From the IMG/VR virus record IMGVR_UViG_3300018719_000001: 64,000 bases of DNA, one strand, 5' to 3'. A program made the position numbers and the translations under genes. This DNA is from a virus. The notes under the pieces were generated by a model, which made no database searches, had not been told where the DNA came from, and saw nothing but the letters and a program-made list of their open reading frames with translations. Position 1 is the first letter of the stretch; the number at the start of each line of letters is the position of its first letter. Positions 17,127 through 25,849 of the stretch are shown one piece after another.

Positions 17127-19484
17127 TTATTGTTTGTGCAACACAAAATTTTCTAGTAATTCTGGTAAAAAAGTGTTTCGTTTTGCTGATTTGTTTTGAT
17201 CTACAGCATAGATCAATGCATTCAACTCCACAATCAATACACACGTTTTTACAGCACGCGTCAAAGCTGTGTACACCAATTGACGAGAGAGTAATTTGAA
17301 TGCCGAATAATCCATTGCAAACAGCACGATTTCGAACTGCGAACCCTGCACTCGGTGCACAGTTAGCGCATAAGCAAGTTCAATTTGCGACATTTGTTCA
17401 GCCGTATACTTAACCGTACCAGTCCCAACAAATTCAATAAGTACATAGCTTTCTTTCTTGTCGGGGTCAACGTGTACTTTGGTAATTGTCCCAAGAGTAC
17501 CATTGAATACCATATCATCGTAATTGTTTCCGTTTTGAATAACTTTGTCTCCTTCGCGGAAATCATATTTATTACGAGTAATGTAAGGCTTACTCATGTC
17601 GTTAAACACTTTTTGAAGCTCCAAATTTAACTCTCTGGTGCAGTTTTTTCCTCGTTCTTTCAATGGCGTAATTACTTGGAAGTCCATGATTGAAACCTTG
17701 TTCTTCACGATGAAGTTCTGATAGAACGAAATACTATATTTCATCACCGTTTTAAACACATCTTCCGCTGTTTCGTATGGACGGAAATGCAAGTCCTTCA
17801 ATTCGCCAATAACGCGATTTCCGTAGTCGTTTCGAACCGCAAACTGAACCCCTTCGCGCACTAAATTCGCCGTTGATAGAATGCCAGACATTTGAGCCTG
17901 ACGGTGAACCTGCGTCAAAGTAACTGTCGGAAACTTCTGACTATCAATCAGGTCTTTAAACAAGTTGCCAGCGCCAATAGGTTCAAGCTGTTCGGTGTCT
18001 CCAAGCATAATGAAGATCGCGTTATCTGGCAATGCCTGAATCAAACTGTTACCAATCGGTACGTTGATCATAGAAAATTCATCACCGATAACTACATCTT
18101 CCTGCAAAGGATTTTCTGCACAATAGAAAAAACCGCCTGTGCGCGGTTCATAACCAAGCATCCTGTGAATTGTTGATGCTTCCAAGCCAGTCGATTCATT
18201 GATGCGCTGTGCGGCTTTGCCAGATAATGCACACGCTTTATACAATAAAGGTCGATCACTAGCCAGATTCAAGACACGAATAATACCTTTGAGAATCGTC
18301 GTTTTACCCGTACCAGCTTTACCATGAATAATCAGCACTTTGTAGTTGCAAGCATAGACAATCGCCGTTCTCTGTTCGTCTGTGAATTTAAATCCCTGTT
18401 CTTCCTCCACCTTTTCAATCAGCTTATCAATATCGTCAGATTGAATTGGATGTTTTCTGGACAACAGATCGAACAATTTCTCTTTGATCCGAAATTCGCT
18501 ACGGAACAAATAATACAATCCAATTCGACCTTTGTCTAAAATGTATTTTTGATTCTGCTGTTCAGTTCTCCCATATTCGCCAAGCCAAGCGTCAATCTTT
18601 TCAATCCCAATACCCAACAATTCGTTAGCCCTGTTCAACAACTTGTCAATATACATCCATGTGTGTCCGTCATTAGTAGATTCTTCGAGAATATACTTAA
18701 TACAAGCGTCGATACGGAACGACGAATCGGGAGCTACACCCATTTTAAGTGCATATTGGTCACATTTTTTAAACCCAATACCATCAACTTGCGTCAAAAT
18801 GTAAGGATTTTCTTTAACCTTTTGCATCAAAATTCCTGCACTTCCATAGTGTCCAATCAGTTTGGATACCATGTTATAGTTCAGACCATATTGGCTCAAT
18901 TCAGCCAACGCTTCTGCCATTTCGATGCTTGCAAGCACCTTTTCGCGCACTCGTTTATACGTTGTTTCTCCGAATCCACGAATACGATTATATTCCAACG
19001 TATCGTCACGGAACATTTGCAAAACATCTTGCCCGTCATACACTTCGTAGATAGCTTGTACTTGCAGTTCGGTTAGAATTGTTGACAAGTATGCCCTCTG
19101 CGTATCAACAGATGTCGGCAATTCTGTGTTCATGCGAATTAATTCATACCCAATTCCCCATTTAGGATCACGTACTTCTTTTACAAAAACCTTGTAGTAA
19201 CTTCGCTCCTGCAATGGTGGCATTACTCCTTTAAGGGAAATGTTTCCATATGCGTTAAGTTTTACTTTTGTGGTATCCGATGGCAGACAGCCGTAGATAC
19301 CGAAATTTCTATCGTTATCGTAAAAGAGTTGGCGAACTACTTGTACTTCAAGTTCGATTTCTTCATCCGAAACTTCGGCTTCTCTTTCACTTCCCGACTC
19401 GTATACATAGTTATCGTTTGTCAAAATGTCTTCGAACACTTGTTTCCTCTCCTTCTGCTGTTGTACTCCTATCTTACCAGACAT
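17127..19484 (-). CDS. RecD-like SF1 DNA helicase
   Basis: 785 aa; Walker A HGKAGTGKTT; GDTEQLEPIG; LTQVHRQ; LTVHRVQGSQF; YTALTRA. Confidence 0.85.
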   Translation of the reverse strand: MSGKIGVQQQKERKQVFEDILTNDNYVYESGSEREAEVSDEEIELEVQVVRQLFYDNDRNFGIYGCLPSDTTKVKLNAYGNISLKGVMPPLQERSYYKVFVKEVRDPKWGIGYELIRMNTELPTSVDTQRAYLSTILTELQVQAIYEVYDGQDVLQMFRDDTLEYNRIRGFGETTYKRVREKVLASIEMAEALAELSQYGLNYNMVSKLIGHYGSAGILMQKVKENPYILTQVDGIGFKKCDQYALKMGVAPDSSFRIDACIKYILEESTNDGHTWMYIDKLLNRANELLGIGIEKIDAWLGEYGRTEQQNQKYILDKGRIGLYYLFRSEFRIKEKLFDLLSRKHPIQSDDIDKLIEKVEEEQGFKFTDEQRTAIVYACNYKVLIIHGKAGTGKTTILKGIIRVLNLASDRPLLYKACALSGKAAQRINESTGLEASTIHRMLGYEPRTGGFFYCAENPLQEDVVIGDEFSMINVPIGNSLIQALPDNAIFIMLGDTEQLEPIGAGNLFKDLIDSQKFPTVTLTQVHRQAQMSGILSTANLVREGVQFAVRNDYGNRVIGELKDLHFRPYETAEDVFKTVMKYSISFYQNFIVKNKVSIMDFQVITPLKERGKNCTRELNLELQKVFNDMSKPYITRNKYDFREGDKVIQNGNNYDDMVFNGTLGTITKVHVDPDKKESYVLIEFVGTGTVKYTAEQMSQIELAYALTVHRVQGSQFEIVLFAMDYSAFKLLSRQLVYTALTRAVKTCVLIVELNALIYAVDQNKSAKRNTFLPELLENFVLHKQ

Positions 19485-19527
19485 AGTTGTTGTTTGTCAA
19501 CATCTATTTATTTGCAACGTATCATAG

Positions 19528-19650
19528 AAATCGAAAAAGGGTAACTATTTGCTACTAACAGAAAAAATGTTTATATTATATAGTTTTATATATAATATAT
19601 TATAACTATATATATTCTATTATTGGCAAAGAGTTACCCTTTTTCGATTT
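19528..19650. repeat. 19-bp inverted repeat flanking an AT-rich internally palindromic core
   Basis: AAATCGAAAAAGGGTAACT (19528) pairs with AGTTACCCTTTTTCGATTT (19632). The core is TATA-rich with a nested imperfect dyad. Lies between the helicase start and the tubulin-like gene stop. Confidence 0.7.
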
Positions 19651-19663
19651 GTATGAATTTGAA

Positions 19664-19700
19664 CACAAAAAGAGTCTATCGGATGACAGACTCTTTTTGT
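19664..19700 (-). terminator. bidirectional-type terminator after tubulin-like gene
   Basis: AAAAAGAGTCT...AGACTCTTTTT hairpin. Confidence 0.7.
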
Positions 19701-19706
19701 GATACG

Positions 19707-20837
19707 CTATTTACGCTTGTATTTATTAAGCACATCGCTTGCCGTTCGTCCGCTGGATTTCTTGTTTGAGCGTATCATATCTTCGATACTATTTGCAGAT
19801 GATTTATACCTAACATCTTCTTCCTCGTTGAAGATCAATGCTATTTTGTCATTGCTTTCTTGGATAATCTGGTCAATTTTCCCCATTCGTTCGGAATTCC
19901 AAGCTAATCCAGACAATATTGTCAGCAGTTGACCATCCGATTCATCGTAACCGCCATCAAAAAGGTCGATAGGCATACCAAGTTCGAATTTGCTGAAAAT
20001 AAGTTGGGGGTCGATGAACTTTAACATAGAGGGGTCGCCATCAAAAACAATTCCAGCGTTTACCACTTTTTTGTATTCGACAGGTGTGAACACGGTGTTT
20101 TTCCAAGAATTTTGCACAGAATTTGCAACACCTTCTCTCGAAAGGTCGATTTTTCCATGATTCATTTTCGCAATTCCGAGTTCAGATATGGTACACACGC
20201 CTTTTGTATTGAAAATCGTTCGCAAATCTGTGCGGTCGAAGTTGCCAACCTTTGATTGTTTCGTCGTGTAGGATAAAATCCTGTCAAGTAATTGCAGTGC
20301 CTTTGCATTAGTCTGTTGGTACAGTTCATCTTTACCGATATTTGGAAACATATTACGCATTGCTTGATTGTCAATCGGCAAAATAGCACACTGCAATTGC
20401 GCCAGTTCTTCCGATGTCTTGCTAGAGTTCATTTGTGGTACAACCAATTCTTGCAAGTCAGGCAAAATTGGCATTGCGACGAACGTTTTTTCGGGCATTT
20501 CATTTGAACACATCTCGATCAACATGGGACTGATACCTGAGCCAGTACCTCCACCTGTCGAAAAAGCTACAAACACGATTTCAATAGACGGCTGATTCAG
20601 GTTTTGCTTGATGAAGTCTACAACTTCTTGGTATTGATTGGCAAAAATATCCTGAGCTTCATTGCGGTTGTGACCAACGCCTTCTGAACCAATTAAACGA
20701 AACTTGGATTTGACATTTTTCAAGCCATTCAACTCATTTTGAGACGTATTTACCGCTACAGATGGAATCCCAAACACTCTTGTTGCAAGATCAGCGATAT
20801 TTCCACCAGCGCCACCGTTGCCTACGACTGCAAACAT
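19707..20837 (-). CDS. tubulin/FtsZ-superfamily GTPase (TubZ/PhuZ-like)
   Basis: 376 aa; N-terminal GNGGAGGN and tubulin signature STGGGTGSG. Confidence 0.8.
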   Translation of the reverse strand: MFAVVGNGGAGGNIADLATRVFGIPSVAVNTSQNELNGLKNVKSKFRLIGSEGVGHNRNEAQDIFANQYQEVVDFIKQNLNQPSIEIVFVAFSTGGGTGSGISPMLIEMCSNEMPEKTFVAMPILPDLQELVVPQMNSSKTSEELAQLQCAILPIDNQAMRNMFPNIGKDELYQQTNAKALQLLDRILSYTTKQSKVGNFDRTDLRTIFNTKGVCTISELGIAKMNHGKIDLSREGVANSVQNSWKNTVFTPVEYKKVVNAGIVFDGDPSMLKFIDPQLIFSKFELGMPIDLFDGGYDESDGQLLTILSGLAWNSERMGKIDQIIQESNDKIALIFNEEEDVRYKSSANSIEDMIRSNKKSSGRTASDVLNKYKRK

Positions 20838-21089
20838 TTATTCCAACTCCTTTTCAAGTGCTTGTTGGACTGCTGTAATACCATAACCTGTAATGAACAG
20901 GCTTTTCTTGCTGTTGTCTCTGACGACTTCGACAAAATTCAAGGCTTCCAGACGATAAATTTGTTCTCTGAATTTCGCTATAGACAATTCGGTCTTTTCG
21001 CGAAGATCATCGTGGTTCATTGCTTTGAATTTTGCGTCAATTCCTTCATCATTCAATATTACAAGGATAGCAAGGGACTCTAGCGACAA
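20838..21089 (-). CDS. TubR-like winged-helix DNA-binding protein (start uncertain)
   Basis: Small ORF abutting the tubulin-like gene. wHTH-like LSIAKFREQIYRLEALNFVEV plus wing. Track TTG start has no SD; an in-frame ATT 36 nt upstream lies 12 nt after AGGAGG. Confidence 0.45.
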   Translation of the reverse strand: MSLESLAILVILNDEGIDAKFKAMNHDDLREKTELSIAKFREQIYRLEALNFVEVVRDNSKKSLFITGYGITAVQQALEKELE

Positions 21090-21139
21090 TAGAGATACTA
21101 CTTTGCCGAAGTATTCGTTAATTTTTGTTCACTCCCTCC

Positions 21140-21235
21140 TCTGATTTGCTTTGATACTTATATATATGGCGATATATCTCCGCATATTCCTGAATATGAA
21201 AATATTTTTCTGTATATAATTGTATATATACATAT
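21140..21235. promoter_or_regulatory. AT-rich TATATA-repeat region upstream of TubR-like gene (candidate promoter/centromere)
   Basis: ORF-free stretch rich in (TA)n and ATATAT blocks between a terminator and the tubR-like start. Confidence 0.3.
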
Positions 21236-21260
21236 AAAAAGGAGCCATGCGCGGCTCCTT
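21231..21260 (-). terminator. rho-independent terminator
   Basis: GGAGCC-ATGCGC-GGCTCC hairpin followed on the minus strand by TTTTTAT. Confidence 0.7.
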
Positions 21261-21262
21261 GG

Positions 21263-21469
21263 TTAACGGTTCAAATATATTTGCCGAAGTGTTGGCGGCG
21301 ATTCATGCAGTGCCCACAAAATTCTGTTAACGTGTTGTTCGTGCGTATGACATCCGTAAAATGTCAGTTGCATCCGTTCGTTAATTTTTAAAATTGTTTC
21401 GTGATCGCTTTCCATTAATGCTTTATGTGCTTCATCTCTGCTCATCGACTTCAAAATGCTTAACTCCAT
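21263..21469 (-). CDS. hypothetical protein
   Basis: 68-aa ORF followed by the terminator. Confidence 0.45.
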   Translation of the reverse strand: MELSILKSMSRDEAHKALMESDHETILKINERMQLTFYGCHTHEQHVNRILWALHESPPTLRQIYLNR

Positions 21470-21706
21470 TTACCATGTCTCCTTCGGATTATATTCGATA
21501 ACTTGATCTTTTACGATTTTTCCTTGCAAGGCTTTATTGACTAGCGATTCGTCTGCAATGTCGATCAGATCGCCAGTTGTCAGGGAAATCACTTGAACTG
21601 CGCCATTCGAAACGCTAACGACTTTGTATTCGCCTGTGTAGGATTTGGCTTGATATGCGGCGAAAGAAATAGAACCAATAACAAGCAGAAGAAGCATTTT
21701 TTTCAT
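21470..21706 (-). CDS. small secreted protein (signal peptide)
   Basis: MKKMLLLLVIGSISFAAYQA hydrophobic N-terminus. Confidence 0.5.
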   Translation of the reverse strand: MKKMLLLLVIGSISFAAYQAKSYTGEYKVVSVSNGAVQVISLTTGDLIDIADESLVNKALQGKIVKDQVIEYNPKETW

Positions 21707-21770
21707 TCAAACTCCACACCTTTCGTTTGTTCTTGCTACATCATATGCATGAATATCCGCGCTTAGAACT

Positions 21771-21913
21771 AGAGATACCGAGATACCGCACTCCCCTCCC
21801 CTGCCGCCCCAAGCGGCTATTTCGGTATCTTGGTATCTTTGCTTTAGTAAGAAAAACGCTAAGAGTGGAGGGTTAACGCCGAGAGGGGAGGATAGAGATA
21901 CCGAGATACCACA
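21771..21913. repeat. iteron/operator-like AGAGATACCGAGATACC repeats
   Basis: 20-bp direct copies at 21771 and 21894. Inverted related copy CGGTATCTTGGTATCTTT at 21823. Flanked by dyad CTCCCCTCC / GGAGGGGAG. Confidence 0.7.
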
Positions 21914-21991
21914 TAATAGTACATTCATTAACAAATGTCATATATTTAGAATTATGTGCATATTAATAGAAGTATCAAGGAGGTGTTGGAC

Positions 21992-22300
21992 GTGGCTGGC
22001 AGACGAAACTCCGCATTCCCAAAACAAGCACAGATCAACAGGCAGGAGGAGCAAGAGGTACATGAAATGATGTTGCGCATGAATTCGAAACTCAACACGT
22101 ATCTCGAATACTGGAAAATGAGAACAGGAGTAGACAAAAGCCAAATGATTCGTCTTTTGATTTTTCTTGCGCCGCACAATAAGTTGTTCAATCAAATTAT
22201 GGAAAGTTTCACTAAACCAGAAAGAAAGGGAATCGTTTATATTCACCAATGGAACGACGATGAGGATGACTTGTGGATGAAGCTGAATGCAGGGAGGTAA
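21992..22300 (+). CDS. ribbon-helix-helix-like DNA-binding protein
   Basis: GTG 21992 after AAGGAGG; pattern ...VHEMMLRMNSKLNTYLEYWKMRTGVDKSQMIRLLI resembles CopG/MobC RHH. Confidence 0.4.
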   Translation: MAGRRNSAFPKQAQINRQEEQEVHEMMLRMNSKLNTYLEYWKMRTGVDKSQMIRLLIFLAPHNKLFNQIMESFTKPERKGIVYIHQWNDDEDDLWMKLNAGR

Positions 22301-22304
22301 ACAC

Positions 22305-22568
22305 ATGGAAGGTATCTCGTTTACCGATACTCTATTAAGTGTTGTTGCTTTAGGTGTTATGGTGTTCGTTTTCTTCGCTGACCTATTTGATAGCGCCAAG
22401 CCTAGAAATCATCAAATGTACACTGAGATCATCGAAGATGACGAAGAATATTCTGACATGGAAAAGATTCGTCAACGTTGGAGAATGGAACAGAAAGTTA
22501 AGAAATTAAATCAGCAAGCAAGAATGGCAAGGAAGGCATTGAAAACAATGGAAAGCGAAGATTTTTAA
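22305..22568 (+). CDS. small membrane protein
   Basis: ATG 22305 after GGGAGG; one TM helix then a charged tail. Confidence 0.5.
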   Translation: MEGISFTDTLLSVVALGVMVFVFFADLFDSAKPRNHQMYTEIIEDDEEYSDMEKIRQRWRMEQKVKKLNQQARMARKALKTMESEDF

Positions 22569-22596
22569 CACCTCATTTAATGGGGTGTTATTTTTG
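22567..22596 (+). terminator. rho-independent terminator
   Basis: AACACC...GGTGTT hairpin + T-run. Confidence 0.7.
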
Positions 22597-22605
22597 TTCC
22601 TCGGC

Positions 22606-22634
22606 TTGACAGCATTGTTATCTTGTGTCATAAT
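22606..22634 (+). promoter_or_regulatory. sigmaA-type promoter of recombinase gene
   Basis: TTGACA-17-CATAAT. Confidence 0.55.
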
Positions 22635-22673
22635 AAGTTTAGATATTAGGTACAAAACCTAGGGGGTGTGACC

Positions 22674-23711
22674 ATGCAAGTACGAGAGCAAAACAATGTA
22701 ACACCGATGCGCGATTACAGATTGCAGGATGATATTCAATCGTGGTTTAATCGTTTAAGTGAAGAATCTTCCAACACAAGAACCAACTACGAACGTTCAG
22801 TACGATTCTTCTTCGAAGTCTTGTTGAACAAGAGCTTGGAACATCTTACTCTGACAGATATTCAGATCAGACGAGTCGATCTTGATAACTTTGTTACTAA
22901 GATGTCAAACATGAAAAAGGCACGTGGAGAAGGTACATATAGCACTACCACTGTGAATCAGACTGTAGATCGCGTTTCTGCATTCTACAAATACCTTGCG
23001 ACAAACGAATATCCTGTCAATCCTGCAATCTTCCATAAGGCTGGAAGAAAAGAAAGAGATGCAGAAAAGCATCCTATTCTTACATGGGAACAAGTAGAGC
23101 GGATCATGGACATCGTTAGAGGCTATGATGAGAACGGCGAAACGTTCGCTCTTTTGATCGAAACGGCTGTCAAGACTTGTTTCAGGAAGGAAGCACTTTT
23201 GAGTTTGACGCTTCAAAACTTTAAGAGGTTGAACGAAAATTTGTGGATTGCAAAAGTCTACGACAAGGGCGAGTGGAACGAGAAGCCTGTCAAGCGAGGA
23301 CTGTATGAACGGCTCGTTGAGCATCACCACAAGACGCAAGACCCCACAGGTAGGCTGTTCACCGTGTCGTCAGATCAAGTGCAGACGATGGTCGAAAGAG
23401 TGCGTAAGGATGCGGGGTTCCATTTCGTCTTCCACTCCTTTAAGAAGGCTGGTATGCTAGAAGTTAGCAACATCACAGGTGGAGACATCAAGGCAATTCA
23501 AGAGATGGGAAACCACAAAGATGCTACTACCCCCATCGAATACTATATGGAGTTCAACAAGGACTGGGAGAACCACCCTGCCCTACAGATCGGTGAAGCG
23601 TTAGACTTGTCTGTATTTGATTCTTTAGACAAAGTACAATTGCTCGAACTGATCAAGAAGTCTGAACGAGCCATCCAAATGCGTCTACTGAATACTCTGA
23701 AAAATAACTAA
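22674..23711 (+). CDS. tyrosine recombinase / phage integrase family protein
   Basis: 345 aa; N-terminal SAM-like core-binding region; C-terminal catalytic-type layout (..CFRKEALLSL.., HSFKKAG, GNHKD...IEYY). Confidence 0.65.
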   Translation: MQVREQNNVTPMRDYRLQDDIQSWFNRLSEESSNTRTNYERSVRFFFEVLLNKSLEHLTLTDIQIRRVDLDNFVTKMSNMKKARGEGTYSTTTVNQTVDRVSAFYKYLATNEYPVNPAIFHKAGRKERDAEKHPILTWEQVERIMDIVRGYDENGETFALLIETAVKTCFRKEALLSLTLQNFKRLNENLWIAKVYDKGEWNEKPVKRGLYERLVEHHHKTQDPTGRLFTVSSDQVQTMVERVRKDAGFHFVFHSFKKAGMLEVSNITGGDIKAIQEMGNHKDATTPIEYYMEFNKDWENHPALQIGEALDLSVFDSLDKVQLLELIKKSERAIQMRLLNTLKNN

Positions 23712-23713
23712 CA

Positions 23714-23750
23714 AAGAAACCCCCGCTGATTAGCGGGGGTTTCTTTGTGT
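23714..23750 (+). terminator. rho-independent terminator
   Basis: AAAGAAACCCCCGC...GCGGGGGTTTCTTT hairpin. Confidence 0.8.
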
Positions 23751-23896
23751 TGTCGGAACTGTCGAAGAGTGGGTTAGCAGACAGACGCGAATCCCAAATT
23801 CATCAGCGATTGGACTTGAGGTTAAAGCATTCTGATGTCGCTCCTGTCTGCTAAATGTATTATGTCCAAATAGCGGCTTTATATACATGGACAAAA

Positions 23897-23932
23897 AAAT
23901 CCCCTCGCTTCTAGCCGAGGGGTATGGCAATT
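23897..23932 (-). terminator. rho-independent terminator (minus strand)
   Basis: CCCCTCGGCTAGAAGCGAGGGG followed by ATTTTTTT on the minus strand. Confidence 0.55.
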
Positions 23933-24053
23933 TCATGCCAATGATAGAATTGTGGTTAAAATAAGACATACATATTCAGAGCTTACACACTTGGATTTTG
24001 TCTTAATAGACAAGGTGTGCTTGACATTAATTTATCATTGATCGGATGAATTG

Positions 24054-24857
24054 TCAACTGGCAATACGATAAATATTAGCTTCTCGTTCGTCGGCTGGTG
24101 CATCAACTAAATATGGCTTGTGTTCAACACGTAAATATGATTTACCTGATAAAACACGTTTGCCGTCAACGTAACGCCAGCCTTCAAGAGCGGCTATGTA
24201 CTTTTGTATTGTCCTTTCGCCAACCCCTGTTTCCTGCTCCAACACCTTGTATGATGCTTGATATCCATCCTTAAATATGTCAATGCGGTGTTTTATATAG
24301 GCATACAAATAGAAGCCCATTGTTCCTAAAGCGCTATCCTTCATCATTTCATTGAATAGCGAAAAGCGAATTGCGTGGGTGTTTTCAAATTCATAGAACG
24401 TGCCATTAAGTATGCTTTCATCCCTAGATTCATTGTCCCTGTGAAAGCATCTAAGAGGACGTTTAACTTTGAAATTTCGCATATTTACAGGGATAATGTA
24501 TTCATCCTTTAGTTCAGACACAGTTGTGAATTCAATCAAATTGTCCTCATCAAATCTAGGGAAAACAGGAAAGTCTGTTGTGGTTTCGGTATAGCCCATT
24601 TTATCAAGAGTTCCATTCTTTTTGAATAACTTCTTGATTTTGCTGTTTTCTGGAGAGTAGCCAAGAAAAGATATGATTTTATCCTGAGTCATGATGTTTT
24701 CTGGCGTTATGGCGAAAAGGCAGTATCTATAAAGATAGGACACGTAGTAGTAATACGAGTATGCCAGTGCTACCTGTGTAGATACGGGCAGTTCTTTTTG
24801 AAGGTCTTTAAATATTTCGTTGGGCATTAGAATCGAATCGGAGGACACGCCAATCAA
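24054..24857 (-). CDS. HTH-containing protein (possible replication/maintenance factor)
   Basis: 267 aa; C-terminal YKVLEQETGVGERTIQKYIAALEG HTH. Confidence 0.45.
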   Translation of the reverse strand: MIGVSSDSILMPNEIFKDLQKELPVSTQVALAYSYYYYVSYLYRYCLFAITPENIMTQDKIISFLGYSPENSKIKKLFKKNGTLDKMGYTETTTDFPVFPRFDEDNLIEFTTVSELKDEYIIPVNMRNFKVKRPLRCFHRDNESRDESILNGTFYEFENTHAIRFSLFNEMMKDSALGTMGFYLYAYIKHRIDIFKDGYQASYKVLEQETGVGERTIQKYIAALEGWRYVDGKRVLSGKSYLRVEHKPYLVDAPADEREANIYRIAS

Positions 24858-25186
24858 TCCTCCACGGCAATTTCGTAGAAGATTTGTGATTTTGTGTCTG
24901 CAAACATAAAATCACCTGCCAAATACTGTTGCATGGTACGACAATAATTCTTCGTGGCTTCGCGCATCTCTTCGATGTTTTCGATTGCGTGGATGTCGTC
25001 CAACGTGTTTTCATGTTCGGACAACATAGCTTCCATTTCGAGGTACATTTTTCTGTTGCTTGATTCTCCACCGTTGGAAGATGAATCTTTTAGAGTCCTA
25101 ATTCTGTCGTTGTACGCTCGAAGAAGTTCCATGCTGATACGTTGTAAAAAGTCTCGTTCATGGTTGATTTTCATTGCTGATGCCAC
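24854..25186 (-). CDS. hypothetical protein
   Basis: 110-aa ORF overlapping the downstream gene by 4 nt. Confidence 0.5.
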   Translation of the reverse strand: MASAMKINHERDFLQRISMELLRAYNDRIRTLKDSSSNGGESSNRKMYLEMEAMLSEHENTLDDIHAIENIEEMREATKNYCRTMQQYLAGDFMFADTKSQIFYEIAVED

Positions 25187-25293
25187 TGGTATATTCCCCT
25201 CTCTTTTAGCCGACCCTAAAAGGGTAACTATTTGCTACTAGTATATCACCGAGTGAAGGGATATGCAAGCACATTTTTGAAAGAAGGTGCAAA

Positions 25294-25509
25294 ATGGAAC
25301 AGGTGACACCAGAAGAAGAACGCAAAGCAAAAAAACTTTTGCTGATTGAGGTGTTGCAGGAGTTAGGTTACGAGATACCGCATGATGGATATTATGGACA
25401 TTTGCCATCGTGGGTAAACAAGAAGGCACACATAATAACAAATGCTAGGTATGATTACTTCAGGAGGTGTTACCGCATTAAAACGCTCTTAGGTAAATAT
25501 CACAATTGA
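25294..25509 (+). CDS. hypothetical protein
   Basis: ATG after AAGGTG SD. Confidence 0.45.
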   Translation: MEQVTPEEERKAKKLLLIEVLQELGYEIPHDGYYGHLPSWVNKKAHIITNARYDYFRRCYRIKTLLGKYHN

Positions 25510-25599
25510 AATATCGGTATTGACACAATTGCTTAAAAATGTTATTATTTTATATAGAACATGAATGGAAACAAAAATAAATTTATGGTGGTGCAGAAG

Positions 25600-25710
25600 A
25601 TGTCAGTATATGATTACGTTGTTTCAGTAATGGGGTTTTTGACGATTGCTTGGTTATGCTGGTGTCACTGGAATGGGCTTTTTGATGGTGATACCAATAC
25701 GAACGGATAA
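25600..25710 (+). CDS. 36-aa single-TM peptide
   Basis: Own translation MSVYDYVVSVMGFLTIAWLCWCHW...; GGTGGTG SD. Confidence 0.3.
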   Translation: MSVYDYVVSVMGFLTIAWLCWCHWNGLFDGDTNTNG

Positions 25711-25735
25711 GATTGTTTGAGAGGATGTGTTTTCG

Positions 25736-25849
25736 ATGCAACTCTGGATGCCGCTCTCTCAGAGCGAAACCATTGTAGTAGCCTATGTTGTTCTTTTCAT
25801 GTTTTTGGGGACACTAACAGCTATACGCAGAATCAGTGATCGTCGTTAA
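25736..25849 (+). CDS. 37-aa single-TM peptide
   Basis: Own translation MQLWMPLSQSETIVVAYVVLFMFLGTLTAIRR...; GAGAGGA SD; terminator follows. Confidence 0.3.
   Translation: MQLWMPLSQSETIVVAYVVLFMFLGTLTAIRRISDRR

Noticed and set aside
19707-20837. The tubulin-like gene as evidence for a nucleus-forming (chimallin-type) jumbo phage.
   Set aside because: No shell-protein candidate is visible in this window. The adjacent winged-helix gene and the recombinase fit a TubZRC plasmid-partition context better. This cannot be settled from 64 kb.
21707-22399. Minus-strand ORFs 21707..21934 and 21938..22399.
   Set aside because: The first is made of the GATACC and C-rich repeats. The second is antisense to the better-supported RHH-like and membrane-protein genes and has no SD.
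23750-24050. A possible attP site or tRNA-gene fragment downstream of the recombinase. The evidence was the inverted repeat TTAGCAGACAG...CTGTCTGCTAA at 23772/23846, plus ORF 23730..23969.
   Set aside because: I could not fold a convincing tRNA 3' half, no att core is identifiable without a host sequence, and the ORF lacks an SD. The region is left unannotated apart from a minus-strand terminator.
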